A DNA stretch of 64,000 nucleotides from Eledone cirrhosa (lineage: Eukaryota), in contig OZ024759.1 in assembly GCA_964016885.1 (NCBI GenBank), positions 15,190,001-15,254,000 of the forward strand, given 5' to 3'. The number at the start of each line of letters is the position of its first letter. Position 1 is the first letter of the stretch. A model generated the notes under the pieces. The model had not been told where the DNA came from, ran no database searches, and worked only from the letters and a program-made list of their open reading frames with translations. Positions 15,589 through 28,501 of the stretch are shown one piece after another. The position numbers and the translations under genes were made by a program.

Positions 15589-16180
15589 GTGGCTGCCAAC
15601 TCGTTTTCGACTACGGCCACTACTTTATATCCATGTAGGAGAACCCCTAGCGATGCGCTGAATGAGTCTGGCTTTTTAGTCCAGCCAGCGACTTGAAAAC
15701 TCTGGTACAAATACTACACTTGTGACAATTATTGACAGATAGTGCTGGGCCCATGGTACCATGTGACGACAAGTGCAGAGCGATTTCCAGATATAAAGCA
15801 ATGCCTGTGCCGTGAAGCTTTTATAGTGAGCAAAGGCACTGCACAAAGCCAGTCCCACTCTCTTAACCAAGATGATATTTACCAAAAAGAAGAACAAGTC
15901 AACATCATTGGATACCATCAGGGTTGCAGGTGTTAGATCAGAGTTTTCCTTCTCCTAGAATTCTGCCTTGACAAAGGCTAAGGGGTCATCTCTCCCGGTG
16001 ATTTTGGATGGCCATTGACTCTTAAGAGTTCATTTGCCCTTTGACAGGTTTTGTTTTTAGTCCTGCAGGATGTCCCAAGTCACCCTCCTCACCAAGAAAC
16101 CTTGGTGGGGTTGCCAGTTTAGTCGCCAACGACCCGACCATGAGACAGGTTGTACTGGGATACATGTTATCAGTAGCCTT
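15589..16180 (-). mobile_element. RTE-derived ~600-bp repeat
   Basis: High identity to 6255-6864. Confidence 0.75.
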
Positions 16181-16182
16181 AA

Positions 16183-16215
<33 letters not shown>

Positions 16216-16619
16216 GGTAGATACTGTATATCACTGCATTAGGTGAGTCATAATATTTATTACGGGTAGAATGATTATCGATCTTAAACAGTAGAATCAC
16301 CATTACATTAGAAGAGATAACAGCATACAACAGAGTAGTTTAAGTCTGTGACTTCCAATGTATCATTTCATATCAATCTTGAACAACTGCGGCAAAATCG
16401 ACCATCCACTTTAGAGTAGTTGGTACTGACCAACTCTCTGTTCTTTCATTCCTTCTTCTACACTTCTTGCTTCTTTATTTTCTTCGTTACTTTCTCGTTT
16501 ACTTTCCTTCTTACTTTTTTCTCTTCTCTTCTTCTTCGATCCTGTTTTTTTTTTTGGGGGGGGGGGGATTGGTTCGGTTTTTGTTTCTTCGTTCTTTGGT
16601 TTCTTTAAATATTAACCAC

Positions 16620-16631
16620 TCCCTCTCTTTT

Positions 16632-16668
<37 letters not shown>

Positions 16669-17100
16669 CTTTGTCTATCCCTCGCTCTCTCTCTACTTAT
16701 GTTTCTCTCGCTATCTCTTTATTTGTCTTTCTCTCCCCCCCCTCTCTCTCTCTCTCTCTTTGTCTTTCTCTCGTTCTCTCTCTCTTTCATTCTCTTTCTT
16801 TCTTTCTCTTTCTTTCTCTTTCTCTCTCTTTCTTTCTCTCTCTTTCTCTCTCTCTCTCTCTCGCTCTCCCTTGCTCTTTCTCCCCCTCCCGCACTCTCGT
16901 TCTCCTCATCCCCTCCCTCTTTTCACTCACTCCTCTTTCTCCCTCCTTCTCTTTCTCATTCACTCCATCTCACACACTCACTCAGTCTCGCCCTCTCACT
17001 CACTCACACTATCTCTTTCACTCGCCCACATTATCTCTTCCTCGCTTCCCCCTGTCTCTATGCCCCCCCCCCGTCTCTAACCCCCTCCCCTCTCTCTCAC
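16620..17100. repeat. (CT)n-rich low-complexity tract
   Basis: Simple repeat. Confidence 0.9.
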
Positions 17101-17149
17101 AAACACGCATGCCCATTCTTCATAATATTCGTATCCTGGTATCGCATCA

Positions 17150-18512
17150 ATGCAGTCCAGTATTCACATACATATACAGGGTCACTCACACCAGGACTCA
17201 AGAACACCACAATTAAGGGATCCAGAATGGCCGCCGTTGACACCTGGCCAGGTGTCATACCGACAGCCATCGCTGGCACCCCAAAAGTCACAACAGTGCT
17301 GCTGCTGAATGTCAGACGCCTGCTGAAACTCACTAACATGAGTAAAATTTCCTACCTGGGAGACCTAGCCATAAGCATTCAAGCATTATGCATGGCACTA
17401 ACCGAAACGCACTTGACAAGCAGTATAGCAGATGTGGGAATACATATACCTAAATATACTCTATTTCGTTCGGACTGGAAGGAGAGAACTCGTGGTGGGG
17501 TTGCTCTGTATATCCGTGATGTCACACCAATTGTACTGTTAACACATTCAAACTCTGTCTGTGACACACTGATAGTACATATGAAGCAACTATAGACAGT
17601 AATATGTGTCACATATCGGCCGGCCGATGCCCCCAGTCATAAGGGTAAACTTGAGGATAGCCTCAGTAGGATAGAAGAGGTCCTTGACAAACTGGACCAG
17701 AGTCTCAACATCATACTGCTGGGAGACTTCACTCTGCCAAAGGTCAAATGGTCGGAGGGCCACCTCCTCCCTGGAATGGCATCAATAGAACAGTGACAGA
17801 CGGAGTCTATGCTGGCCCTTACACAAAGGCTGTTCGTGGAACAAGCAGTACTCTTCCCAACCAGAGGGGAGAATGTACTTGACCTCTGTTTTACAAACAA
17901 CGAAGTGTTCATCCAAAAGTAAAGGTGACACCAACAATTTTCTCGGATCATAACTTAGTAGAACTAATGATATGTGGTCAGAGGGAATCAACAAAGACAC
18001 AGCCATCAAGAAGCACCGGGACCTTATCCAGCCTTAACTTCTACAAGACTAACTGGAAAAAGAGCAAGAGAGAAATCCAGAAGCAAATATGGTGCGAAAA
18101 CACCGCCACACAAGACACCAACACACAATTACACTTCATGACAACGATACACACTATATGCCAACAGTTTGTCCCAGAGAAAAAGGCCAACAGACACAAA
18201 AATCTTTTTAAATTTGCAATAGTAACTGCCTCGGAACACTGCAAGATTGGGCCACCCTTCTATACAGACGGTTCATTAACCAAGAATCAACAAGAGATAA
18301 GTGAAATACTGAACGAACAGTACAAATTGTATTCAAATGTCCACTGAGGCTCATGCAAATAACAAAGACAGAGGAGTTCTTTTAATGCCACAACACTCCA
18401 TGAAGAAATGGCGACCATCAACCACATAGACATAACGGAGGATGTGGTCTACGCCATGGATGAAATTAGAACAGACTCAGCTGCTGGACCTGATGGATTT
18501 CCAGCAGTCCTC
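17150..18512 (+). mobile_element. CR1-like LINE ORF2 fragment (APE endonuclease), pseudogenised
   Basis: LLLNVRRL..ALTETHL..YTLFRSD..RGGVALYI..IILLGDF..PTRGENVLDL..FSDHN..SAAGPDGF, with stops and frameshifts. Confidence 0.9.
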
Positions 18513-20860
18513 TTTACCTGTCCCAGCCATCCGGCTGAGGCCTTGCTGGGGTACCGTCCTTGTTTCTACACATGTTATCTCCAGCCTGCATTGGTTGGCC
18601 ACAAGTGCAAGAGGGGGTTCGCTGCTGCTGCCCTTAGGTTTCCCTCGTGTCTTGTTGTGGGCTCATCCGGGATCCTGGATAGCAAGGTGTCGAGATGTTT
18701 CTTGAAGACATACACATCCACACCATGCTGATCTCTCAGATCCCTCGGCAGCTTGTTAAAGAGTTGAGGGCCCTTGAACCCCAGGCTATTTCAATATCTG
18801 CTCCTTATTCTAGATGTGGAAGATGGGATCTTTGGCACCACACAGTGACGTCCTGTTCGATGGTTGGTCCACCTCCCAATGCCAAAGTTTGGTGCTATTC
18901 CCTCCAGCATTTTCCAAATGTAGATCACTGCGTACCTCCCCGTCTTCGTTCCAAGTAGTAGAGGTTCAGTTCCTTTAGCCTCTCCCAGTATCTTGTCTCC
19001 TTCATCGTGGCAATACCTCTTGGTGTAGCTTCACTGGATTGCCTCAAGCTCCGTTTGACACTATGGGGTGACCATACCTGGGAGCAATAGCCCAGGCGGC
19101 TTAGGACAAATGTCGCCCATAGTTTCAACATGCTGTCTCGGTCTCTTGTCCCGAATGTCCTCAAGATCCAGCCAGCAAGCGTCTGCACATTGTCGCCACT
19201 TTCAGGATCTGTGAGGAAAAAGATGCATCATCGCTCATGTCTATACCCAGGTCTCGTATCGATTTCGACACGGGGATATCGGTCCCTCCTGATCCCGCGT
19301 AACTGTGTTTGCAGGTTTGCATTTTATGGCTTGGGACTTGCCAGCATTAAACTGCATGTATGTACTACAGAGGGCATGACTAAGAGAACCACCAAAAACA
19401 GCAGTGGTCCCAGGACTGTTCCATGGGGCACCCCACTTGTTATTTATGTTTCGTTTGAGAGGGCCCCGTTTGCTGCTACTGTCTGGCTTCTGTCCTTTAA
19501 GAAGTCATGCAACCACTCACCTACTTTTCCAGTTATGCCGAGTCCGTGTAGTTTGTGACATATCATTCCGTGGTCGATTTTGTCAAAGGCATTGCAAAGT
19601 GAAGATATATCAAGTCCACATGTGAGCTGTCTAGCAGTTGTTTCAGTACCCAGTCGTAATAATGTAGCAGCTGTGTAAGGCAGCTTCTTCCTGGGCGAAA
19701 GCCATGCTGTGTGCTAGTCAGGCGGTCATTTTCCTCGAGGAAAGTGATCAGTATCCTTCTGATGATTCGCTCCATGACCTTACTATTATGTGACGTTAGT
19801 GAGACTGGCCTATAGTTTTTGACCACCGCTCTGCTACCTCCTTTATGGATAGGGCATATTGTGCCTTCTTTCAGCTGCCTGGGTAGTATACCGCTAGCCA
19901 AGGAGCTTCTGAAGAGCGTCTTCAGTGGAGTTGCTAAGGCCCGCTTACATATTTTTAAGAGGACTGCTGAAAATCCATCAGGCTTGTTCTAATTTATTCT
20001 ATAGCGTATACCACGTCCTCCTCTGTTATGTCTATGTTGTTAATGGTCGCCATTTCTCCATGGAGTGTTGTGGCATCAAATAATTCCTCTGGCTTTGTTA
20101 TTTGCATGTGCCTCAGTGGACATGTGAACACACTTTTGTACTGTGCGTTCAGTATTTCACTTTTCTCTTGTGGATTCTCGGTTAATGAACCGTCTGTATG
20201 GAAGGGTGGCCCAATCTTGCAGTGTACTGAGGCAGTTTCTTTTGCAAATTTAAAGAAGGCCTAAGGGTTTGTTTTAATATTTTATATGGTCCTGCTTTCT
20301 TTCTTTGCCCTCTCATTTTCATGGGAAAGTTTCAGTGCAATCTCGGTGTCAAGTAGTGCACATTTCAAATAGGGTTCTTTCTTGTTATTGTTTTCTTGTT
20401 GTGCATTCAGCTGGTTTGAGAGCTTGGTTCTACGTCTCATAAGGATTTTCCTATCTCTGGGAATAAGATGTTTGTGCCTGTTGGCCTTTTTCTCCGGGAC
20501 AAACTTTTGGCGTATAGTGTGTATCGTCATGAAGTGTTGAAATTGTGTGTTGGTGTCTTGTGTAGTGGTGTTTTCGCTCCATATTTGCTTTCAGATTTCT
20601 CTCTTGATCTTTTCCCAGCTAGATGCCGGTGCTTCTTGATGGTTGTTTCTCTGTTGATTCTCTCGGACCACATATCTTCAGTTCTACTTAGTTATGATCC
20701 GAGAAAATTGTCGGTGTCACCTTTACATTGTGGATGAGCACTTCGTTGTTTGTAAAACAGAGGTCAAGGACATTCTCGCCTCTTGTTGGGAGAAGTACTG
20801 CTTGTTCCATGAATAGCCTGTGTGAGGGCCTGTCTCTGTTCTATTGATGTCATTCAAGGG
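18513..20860 (-). mobile_element. CR1-like LINE 3' part (RT), pseudogenised
   Basis: PIHKGGSR..NYRPVSLTS..QHGFRPGRSCLTQLL..GVPHGTVLGPLLFL..GWILRTF..YCSQVWSP..YWERLKELNLY. Confidence 0.92.
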
Positions 20861-21262
20861 AGGATATATATGTATGTATATATATATATATATATATATA
20901 AAATCTTATTCGTCGCACCACTGATTCTCCGTTTCTTATGTGATACTATACCCTGCTTTGTAAGAGCATCGAGTGCTCAAATGACATACCGCTTAAGGAC
21001 GTTTTAACCATCCCACACCAATTATATATATGTATATATGTATACATATATATATATGTGTATATATATATATATATATATGTATACACATATATATATA
21101 TATATATATATATATGTATACACATATAATTATATATGTATACATACATATATATACATATATATGTATGTATGCATATATATGTATGTATGCATATATA
21201 TGTATGTATGCATATATATGTATGTATACATATATATATATGTATACATATATATGTATGTA

Positions 21263-21328
<66 letters not shown>

Positions 21329-21329
<1 letters not shown>

Positions 21330-21643
21330 CAGGTCACCAGTTGGTGCTACTGGTAACCTGTATCCCAGTACAACCTGTCTCATGGTTGGGTCGTTGGCGA
21401 CTAAACTGGCAACCCCGCCAAGGTTTCTTGGTGAGGAGGGTGACTTTGGACATACTGCAGGACTAAAAACAAAACCTGTCAAAGGGCAAAGGAGCTCTTA
21501 AGAGCCAATGGCCATCCAAAATCACCGGGAGAGATGACCCCTTAACCTTTCTCAAGGCAGAATTCTAGGAGAAGGAAAACTCTGATATAACACCTGCAAC
21601 TCTGATGGTATCCAATGATGTTGACATGTTCTTCTTTTTGGTG
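21329..21643 (+). mobile_element. RTE-derived repeat, partial
   Basis: Reverse complement of ~6548-6862. Confidence 0.75.
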
Positions 21644-22183
21644 TGTGGGACGACGTCTCGGGCTTAAACGCTTCATCGGGAGAAAACTGGGTAGAAAAAG
21701 AGTTCCGAGGGTGAGTGGTGGAAAGACATTAAAAAGGCGGGGGGGGGGTCGAAATGGGAGGAAAACAATTTTTTAGAGGGTAAACAAATTAAAATGAAAC
21801 AAGTGGTGAAAGGGTGTGAGGCGTGTAGGGGTGGTGGTGGATGGAGAGGGTTTTGGTCCGAATATATATATATATGTATGTATATATGTGTGTGTGTTTA
21901 AGTTTGTATGTATACACTCTACATGCATGGAGGATGTGTTCAGTGTTCATACAGTTAATGTTTGAATGTTTTAAGTGCTATAGGATTGTAAATACATCTT
22001 TAACTTAATATAAATATTTAACTGAGAAGGTTCGTACCTTATGGTCGTTCGAGTCACAATCGTAAGGTGGTGGGTTTAATAGGGGTGTGTTTTATACTTT
22101 AGCAGAAATTACTGGTATCTTTAATTCACAGAGCCAGCTTTACCACGTCCTGGACAATATTATAGGCGCATATGATATTGTCC

Positions 22184-22370
22184 GGTGGATTGGCAGTATC
22201 GGTAGAGGGTTGGACGATATGCTTTGCAGCAAAGAGTTACGGCCCCTTATGGTCTGAGTTCAAATCCCGCTGAGGTTAACTTTGCCTTTCATCCTTACGG
22301 GGTCGATAAAATAAAGTACCAGTAATACACGGAGATGATTGCTGGCTTTGTGCCAAAAGTAGAAACAAAT
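22184..22370 (+). mobile_element. tRNA-derived SINE
   Basis: A-box-like tggcagtatcgg, B-box gagttcaaatcc, SINE body. Confidence 0.9.
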
Positions 22371-22537
22371 ATTATAGGCACACATATCAGTGGAATGCTC
22401 AGCTATTTGAAAGTTAATTTCACGAGCAGGAGGGCTGTCCTGAACTAAATAGGTACTCGTCTTCGGACCCGCTAATAGCCAGCAGCAATAAATATATTTT
22501 GACGCATATATATAGTATGTGTGTATATGTATATCCT

Positions 22538-22995
22538 CTTCTTCTTCGACCACTTATTACTGAGAGGGTCCTGGGGCCAGAGTCATCAAACATACCTTAC
22601 AGCGGGTCATGTCAGAGGCAACCGTCTCCAACATATACGACTGGATCCCCAAGCGACACCAGCCAAGCAGCTGGAAGTTATCCAACCATCTTGCTCACGG
22701 TCTAAGCCTGGATCTCCTGTCGGTTAGTTTTGCCCGTAAAATCTGTCCAGCGGTTATTTCCCGAGACTCTATAACCACATGCCCATAAGTATCGGAGACG
22801 TGAACTCTCAATTCGGACAAGTAGCAGCTCTACCTAGAATGAATCTCTGATCTCCGCGCTATGCGCTCTAGTGACTAATGTTACTCCAAAGGCCCTTCGA
22901 AGGAACCCCATTCAGGCCGATTGTTATCGCGATCGTATTCCTTCGGTCATTACACAGGATTCATGACTATAACTAAAGGTTGGCACTTATACCGA
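22538..22995 (-). mobile_element. RTE LINE 3' fragment
   Basis: Degraded RTE-type C-terminus ending in a gaagaag tail; related fragment at 31687-31870. Confidence 0.6.
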
Positions 22996-23121
22996 ATTGT
23001 ATGTATATATACATATAATATGTATTTGTTTTATTCTGTGTATGATCATATATAAATAATTTACCAGCTCTCTTACAATTGATACAGATCTGTTTCCTTC
23101 CTTTTCCTCATTCACGGATAT

Positions 23122-23172
<51 letters not shown>

Positions 23173-23176
<4 letters not shown>

Positions 23177-23330
23177 GGGTTACATATGATAAAATTAGTC
23201 CCTCGTCAGTGATTTGCCAACCATCATTGATATTCCATCGCATTAAAAATAATATACCTCAGGTTGGGGCGAGCAATAACTAAAAAAAAGCTATTGGGAC
23301 AAGTAAATCGCGTAAAGCGAGTGAGACTAT
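23173..23330. repeat. copy of the direct repeat at 37127/37641
   Basis: catgggttacatatga...agctattgggacaagtaaatcgcgtaaagc. Confidence 0.75.
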
Positions 23331-23749
23331 ATACATATGTATATATATTGCGCATAATAAAATACATGGAACTCTTTTAACCATCTTTTGTTCTTATATA
23401 TTATATATATATATATAACGTTGAGAGAGATAGAAGGCTAAACAATGCAAAATGGACTGTAAGATGAGGTAACGAAAAGTAAAAGTTACCTGGTAATCTT
23501 TGTTTTGTTTTGTTGTCATTTTATCTGTCCAATATTTCGGAACCTAAATGTCCCTTCACCAGAGTTTAAGGAACCTTCAGTTGATGACTTTCCAATTTCT
23601 TCTCTTTGTGATAGAATATTGATTTCGTTTACATGTTTTTCTAAGTCGTTTTCAAGCGTTTTTCGATGGTACTTCGCTTTCCAGGCGCAAATTTCGCAGT
23701 ATGTCCAGAGTACAAGTGGCATGAAAATTGTCACTTATTTTTAGGAACG

Positions 23750-24080
23750 TATACGCTACTCTGTGTAACGATTTTGTTCTGTTTATGAACTTTTTCACGC
23801 TCAGAATTGCTGAAGCATGGAACAAACTACCTTCATCAGTTGTTAGCTGTCGAATCACTGCATCCTTTAAGACCTCCATGCTTCCTGAAATTCGCCAACA
23901 CTACACCTAATAGTCACCCTCCATACACATATACACATGTATATCATGACTCATACACTGTTCACTTCCCTGACATTTGTATATTATTCTATGTACTATA
24001 CATGCACATTTGATGAGTTATAGTGCACCTGAGCACTGTACACAATAATTTCATTATTATTATTATTATTATTATTATTA
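23750..24080 (+). mobile_element. CR1 LINE 3' end with (ATT)n tail
   Basis: FFTLRIAEAWNKLPSSVV..SFK C-terminal motif, 3'UTR gtgcacctgagcactgtac, then (tta)n. Confidence 0.85.
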
Positions 24081-24280
24081 GGGCGGTGAATTGGCAGTAT
24101 CGGTAGAGGGTCGGACGCCATGCTTTCCAGCATAGTTACGTCCCTTTACGATCTGAGTTCAAATCCCGCCGAGGTTGACTTTGCCTTTCATCCTTACGGG
24201 GTCGATAAAATAAAGTACCAGTAATGCACTGGGTATTTGCTGGCCTTGTTCCTAACGTAGAAACAATTATTATTATTATA
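24081..24280 (+). mobile_element. full-length tRNA-derived SINE
   Basis: gggcggtgaattggcagtatcggt (A box), gagttcaaatcc (B box), body, (ATT)n tail. Confidence 0.92.
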
Positions 24281-24939
24281 AACAAATAATATTTCTGCTC
24301 TCTTCAGATTGGACACTGTTTCCCTGTTTCCTATTTACACCTATTTACACCTAATTATACCTATTGTTAATTATACGTACAACACAACACACACACGCGC
24401 GCATGCGTGTGTGTTTATATAAATATGTCGGTGTTACTCCGTCGTTTCTGGTGAGCAGTGGTCATACGAAACAACCTCCTGCTAGTGAATTTAACACGAA
24501 ATGGCTGGTAATTCCACAGACACGTGCACTGGTGCAACATGAATTAAACCGTTTGGTTCAAGGACTCAACGTACTGCATGGCCCAGGTATCGAACTCACC
24601 ACATTTCGATCATGTGCAGAGCACTGTAACAATTAAGTTACACGCATTCTATGTGTATATATGGGCATATGTGCATCCGTATGTGCTCTGAGATGGTCAG
24701 TATGTGTGTGTGTGTGTGTGTAATTATTTATAAAAGGCCGGAAAGCGCTTAGCAATATTTACATGTGTTAGATTCCATTCAGTTGAATGAAGATGATGCT
24801 TTTGTTGCTACATAGTGTTACGCCTTGTCCGACCGCTTGAAAGTATTTGATAATATGCTTCCTTTATCAGTGCTGACATGAATAACAGAATACAAATATA
24901 CCACTTTAAATAACACCACCCACACAAACCACCTCTACT

Positions 24940-25230
24940 GATTCTACGTCTCTAGATCTGCTAGAAATAGCAGCAACATTTCTTCTGCCATATTAAACAA
25001 AATAAAAATTTAAAACTTTAAACAGCAACACCATCATAAGCCAACAATCCAACGCTACGCAACCTCTAGATTAGCTAAAAATAACAGCAACATTTCTTCT
25101 ACAACATTAAACAAAATATGAATTTAAAACGTTAAAGAACAAACCATCACAAGCCAACAAAACCAACTCTATGTAACCTCTAGGTCAGCTAGAAATAGCA
25201 ACAACGATTCTAATACAACCTTAGACAATA
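24940..25230 (+). repeat. ~115-bp tandem repeat, about 3 units
   Basis: ctctagat..gctagaaatagcagcaacatttctt recurs three times. Confidence 0.7.
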
Positions 25231-26298
25231 TAGAAGACATTTGATAATGTATTTCTGTATATACTGTATCGAAAACTAGAGATAGAGTTGTCACGGTTGG
25301 TTACTCATAGGTGTACTTGATTCATGCTGACTTCGGGCTAAACAACTACAAATCTCTTTCCCTAAGCTCCATTAAGAGTCATTCAGAAAGATTCCACTTG
25401 ATTGCATACTGTGGTAAACCTAATAGTCTAATCACCTACAAATCACACCCTACTGTCTTAAACATATAAATACACGATGGATGCTGTAGTACTAGATATG
25501 ACTGACATAAAAACAAATGATAAAAACTATAAAATGGCCATAGCCGGAACACCTTTGATCAGAGGCCTGCTCAATCAAAGCTGACCTACAACTGACAATA
25601 ACACAAATACGTTCCCCAATACAATTAGAACTCAGGAAGTTTGCTTGTATTTGCGTATAGACGTCAGTGAGTCTGTGAGTATCAGTATTGTTGACTAAGT
25701 GTGTGTGTATGTGTGTGATATTGTTGACTAAGTGTGTCTGTGTGTGTATTGTTGAGTAAGTGTGTGTGTATCGTTGACTAAGTGTGTCTGTGTGTGTATT
25801 GTTGAGTAAGTGTGTGTGTATCGTTGACTAAGTGTGTCTGTGTGTGTGGTTTTGTGTTTGTGTATCAACAGCTTCAAGGCATTGATTTGAATCTTAGGGA
25901 AAGGAAAAAAGAAAGGAGGGAGAACACCCCATAAGAGATTGTAGAAAATATGTACACTTCACCCTTTTCACAAAAGAATGAGTGAATAAATAAGTAGGAT
26001 ATAAGGCAGCTAGCAATATGCGTTTGTGAAAATGGCTGTTACATCAAGTTTAACAGACTGAGAGGAAAATGGCGGCGGAAAGAGCTAGCAGAATCACGTT
26101 GGAGTTGTTAGACTGTAAAAGATGAATGGCGTTTAGTTGAACTTTTGCCATTTCTTGCTTAATTGCACCAATTATACTCGAAATCATTCGGGGTTTTTTT
26201 TTCATTTGTGTGTGTATTTGTGTGTGTGTATGTGTGTGTGTGATTTGTTTTTATTTTCGGTATTTTGGGTATTGCATATTTTATCTCACACTTTACAT

Positions 26299-26352
<54 letters not shown>

Positions 26353-26814
26353 TTATACAGATGAATATATATGTATATGTATATGTGTATATATATGCAT
26401 ATGTATATACATGTATATATATGTATATATATGCATATGTATGTACATGTATATATATATATATGCATATATATGAGGGATAGAAATATTGATAGTTAGA
26501 GACGTATAGACATATATATGTGTATGTGTCTCTATAAATAGTGGTACTTTACGTATATCATTTATCTGTTGTATTCTACCCAAGTATTTTATTTGTTTAC
26601 ATTATTTTTTCTTATATTTATTATGTTTTGTGTTTGTTTTCCGCGCCAAGAAGCAATTTCCATTTAAAGCAGCACCAGGAATATAAAATTCCGAAAATTG
26701 GCTTACACTATACGATATGTAAAGAATGCTTTTTGTGCCTACATATGCAAAGCCTAGCTAAACGCAGTCAGATTCAGTTATATATATATATATATACATA
26801 TACACACACACACG

Positions 26815-26864
<50 letters not shown>

Positions 26865-26993
26865 CATACATACATACACATACACACACATATATACATA
26901 TAGAGAGAGACATACACATATATATATATGTATATATATATATATACACTCACATACACACATATAAATATATATATATATTCATATACACAC

Positions 26994-27042
<49 letters not shown>

Positions 27043-27243
27043 TATCTATACAATTACTTATATATATATAGAGAGATGTTTCTTTATATATAGAGATAGA
27101 TAGAGTGTGTGTGAGTGTATGTGTATATCCATATAAATATCTTAATGCCTACGTGTATAGCTATATATATTTTTCTTTGTATAGATATATATTTCGTTAT
27201 GAATACGGTTCACAATTGATCATATGGCATATCTGTCTCGTAA

Positions 27244-27480
27244 TAATTGTTTCCACTTTAGGCACAAGGCCAGCAAATACCCAGTGCATTACTGGTACTT
27301 TATTTTATCTACCCCGTAAGGATGGAAGGCAAAGTCAACCTCGGCGGGATTTGAACTATGCTGGAAAGCATGGCGTCCGACCCTCTACAGATACTGCCAA
27401 TCCATCGTAATAATAATAATTGTTTCTACTTTTGGCACAAGGCCAGCAAATACCCAGTACATTACTGGTACTTTATTTCA
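27244..27480 (-). mobile_element. SINE plus partial SINE
   Basis: Same family as 24081. Confidence 0.85.
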
Positions 27481-27520
27481 TCGTAATAATGATAATACAT
27501 TCGCACATGCATTATGGATA

Positions 27521-27560
<40 letters not shown>

Positions 27561-27625
27561 CAATATCAGAGAAAGTTTTTTTGCGATACTCTGGCCATAT
27601 ATATATTTATATATATATATATATG

Positions 27626-27656
<31 letters not shown>

Positions 27657-27815
27657 CCAGGGTGAGTAACGCAGAGTTATTGTAGGTTCAACCTGGTGAG
27701 CACTCGATGTTTAGGTTCACGTCAGTATCGATATAGATGGAACCTTGAACTGATCCGTAGCGAAACACGCGTCACTAACCAATAAAGGTAATGAAGGAGA
27801 AACCACTCGTCATTG

Positions 27816-27858
<43 letters not shown>

Positions 27859-27863
<5 letters not shown>

Positions 27864-28066
27864 TTTATTTTATAGAAGGAGCTTCTACAGGACTAGTACT
27901 GTTTCATTCAGATGAAATCTTCAGGAAGCTTCCTGAAGATTTCATCTGAATGAAACAGTACTAGTCCTGTAGAAGCTCCTTCTATAAAATAAAAAAAATT
28001 TACTCTGCCATGTATTGAGTACCTTACTTACTGTGGTTATCCCCGACTCAACCCGGGACCTACGTA
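27859..28066. mobile_element. perfect ~140-bp palindrome carrying two family-B hammerheads, plus pLTR-like tail
   Basis: Centre aagctt at 27926-27931; AGCTTC-CTGAAGA-tTTCA-TC-TGAAt-GAA-ACAG..CTGT-A-GAAGCT. Confidence 0.85.
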
Positions 28067-28080
28067 TATATATATATATA

Positions 28081-28272
28081 TAATTGTTTCTACTTGTTGG
28101 CACAAGGCCAGCAATTATCCAGTGTATTACTGGTACTTTATTTTATCGACCCCGTAAGGATGAAATGCAAAGTTAACCTCGGCGGGATTTGAACTCAAAT
28201 CATAAAGGGAGCTAACACTATCCTTCAAAGCATGGTGTCCGACTCTCTACCGATACTGCCAATCCACCGTCC
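28081..28272 (-). mobile_element. tRNA-derived SINE
   Basis: Same family as 24081. Confidence 0.9.
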
Positions 28273-28381
28273 TCTCTATATATATATAATGTGTGTATGC
28301 ATGTCTTTGTATATAGGGTTGTAAGTAATGTCTGTAAAATTCACAGTACACAAAATATATATATATATATGTGTGTGCAGG

Positions 28382-28501
28382 AAAAGAGTTACGACGCCGG
28401 CGGCTGAGCTCCGGTCGTTTCGACAGCTAGATCAGAACTGTCTGAGTTCGGATCTAGCTGTTGAAACGGCTGGAGCTCAGCCTTCGGGGTCCCGACTCTT
28501 T
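28382..28501. repeat. family-E fold-back element abutting the PLE RT
   Basis: ggctgagctcc..gtttcgacagctagatc...gatctagctgttgaaacggctggagctcagcc. Confidence 0.75.

Noticed and set aside
24081-24175. tRNA gene
   Set aside because: A and B boxes belong to a multi-copy SINE head; no cloverleaf is evident
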